From Chiloscyllium plagiosum (taxonomy: Eukaryota): DNA of 64,000 nt. The translations under genes were made by a program, and so were the position numbers. Under the pieces are notes generated by a model. It saw nothing but the letters and a program-made list of their open reading frames with translations, searched no databases and had not been told where the DNA came from. The stretch lies in assembly GCF_004010195.1 (NCBI RefSeq), contig NC_057718.1, positions 14,580,455 to 14,644,454 of the forward strand. The letters run 5' to 3'. This document shows, one piece after another, positions 63,956 through 64,000 of the stretch; the stretch's first letter is position 1, and the number at the start of each line of letters is the position of its first letter.

Positions 63956-64000
63956 AAGGTATCGACACATACCTCACGTAAATCTCCACAAGATGCTTTG

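Overview
Eukaryotic (cartilaginous fish, most likely shark) genomic DNA from a gapped assembly with 8 N-runs. The taxon is inferred from HE1-type SINEs and HER1/CR1 LINEs. The only host coding sequence I can support is three minus-strand exons of a SMYD3-like SET-domain lysine methyltransferase: 56380-56447, 38897-38999 and 32025-32135. All have AG/GT boundaries, and they splice in frame to VTCNCFTISDGEMQEIGVGLYPSMSLLNHSCDPNCVIVFDRKQLQLHAIRQIQADEELTISYIDVMATSPERRRQLETQYCFTCDCVRCETADK. The rest appears intronic and is packed with retroelements (CR1, Tx1/L1, Rex1, L2, several tRNA-derived SINEs) plus two minisatellites with 30-bp and 20-bp units. The most interesting signal is a set of Penelope-like element (PLE) insertions from three families. 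They carry minimal hammerhead-ribozyme motifs (CUGAUGA-stem II-GAAACGUC/GAAAGCUA), several in the sense orientation of the SMYD3 pre-mRNA. Four insertions are fold-back (inverted) structures bounded by 11-15 bp target-site duplications, with one end lacking the same 32-37 nt tail. PLE hammerheads and tails are known in general, so this is an instructive local instance rather than a demonstrated new system. There is no CRISPR, rRNA or prokaryotic-type system. Repeat family names come from recognition, not a database search, and repeat boundaries are approximate unless a TSD is quoted.
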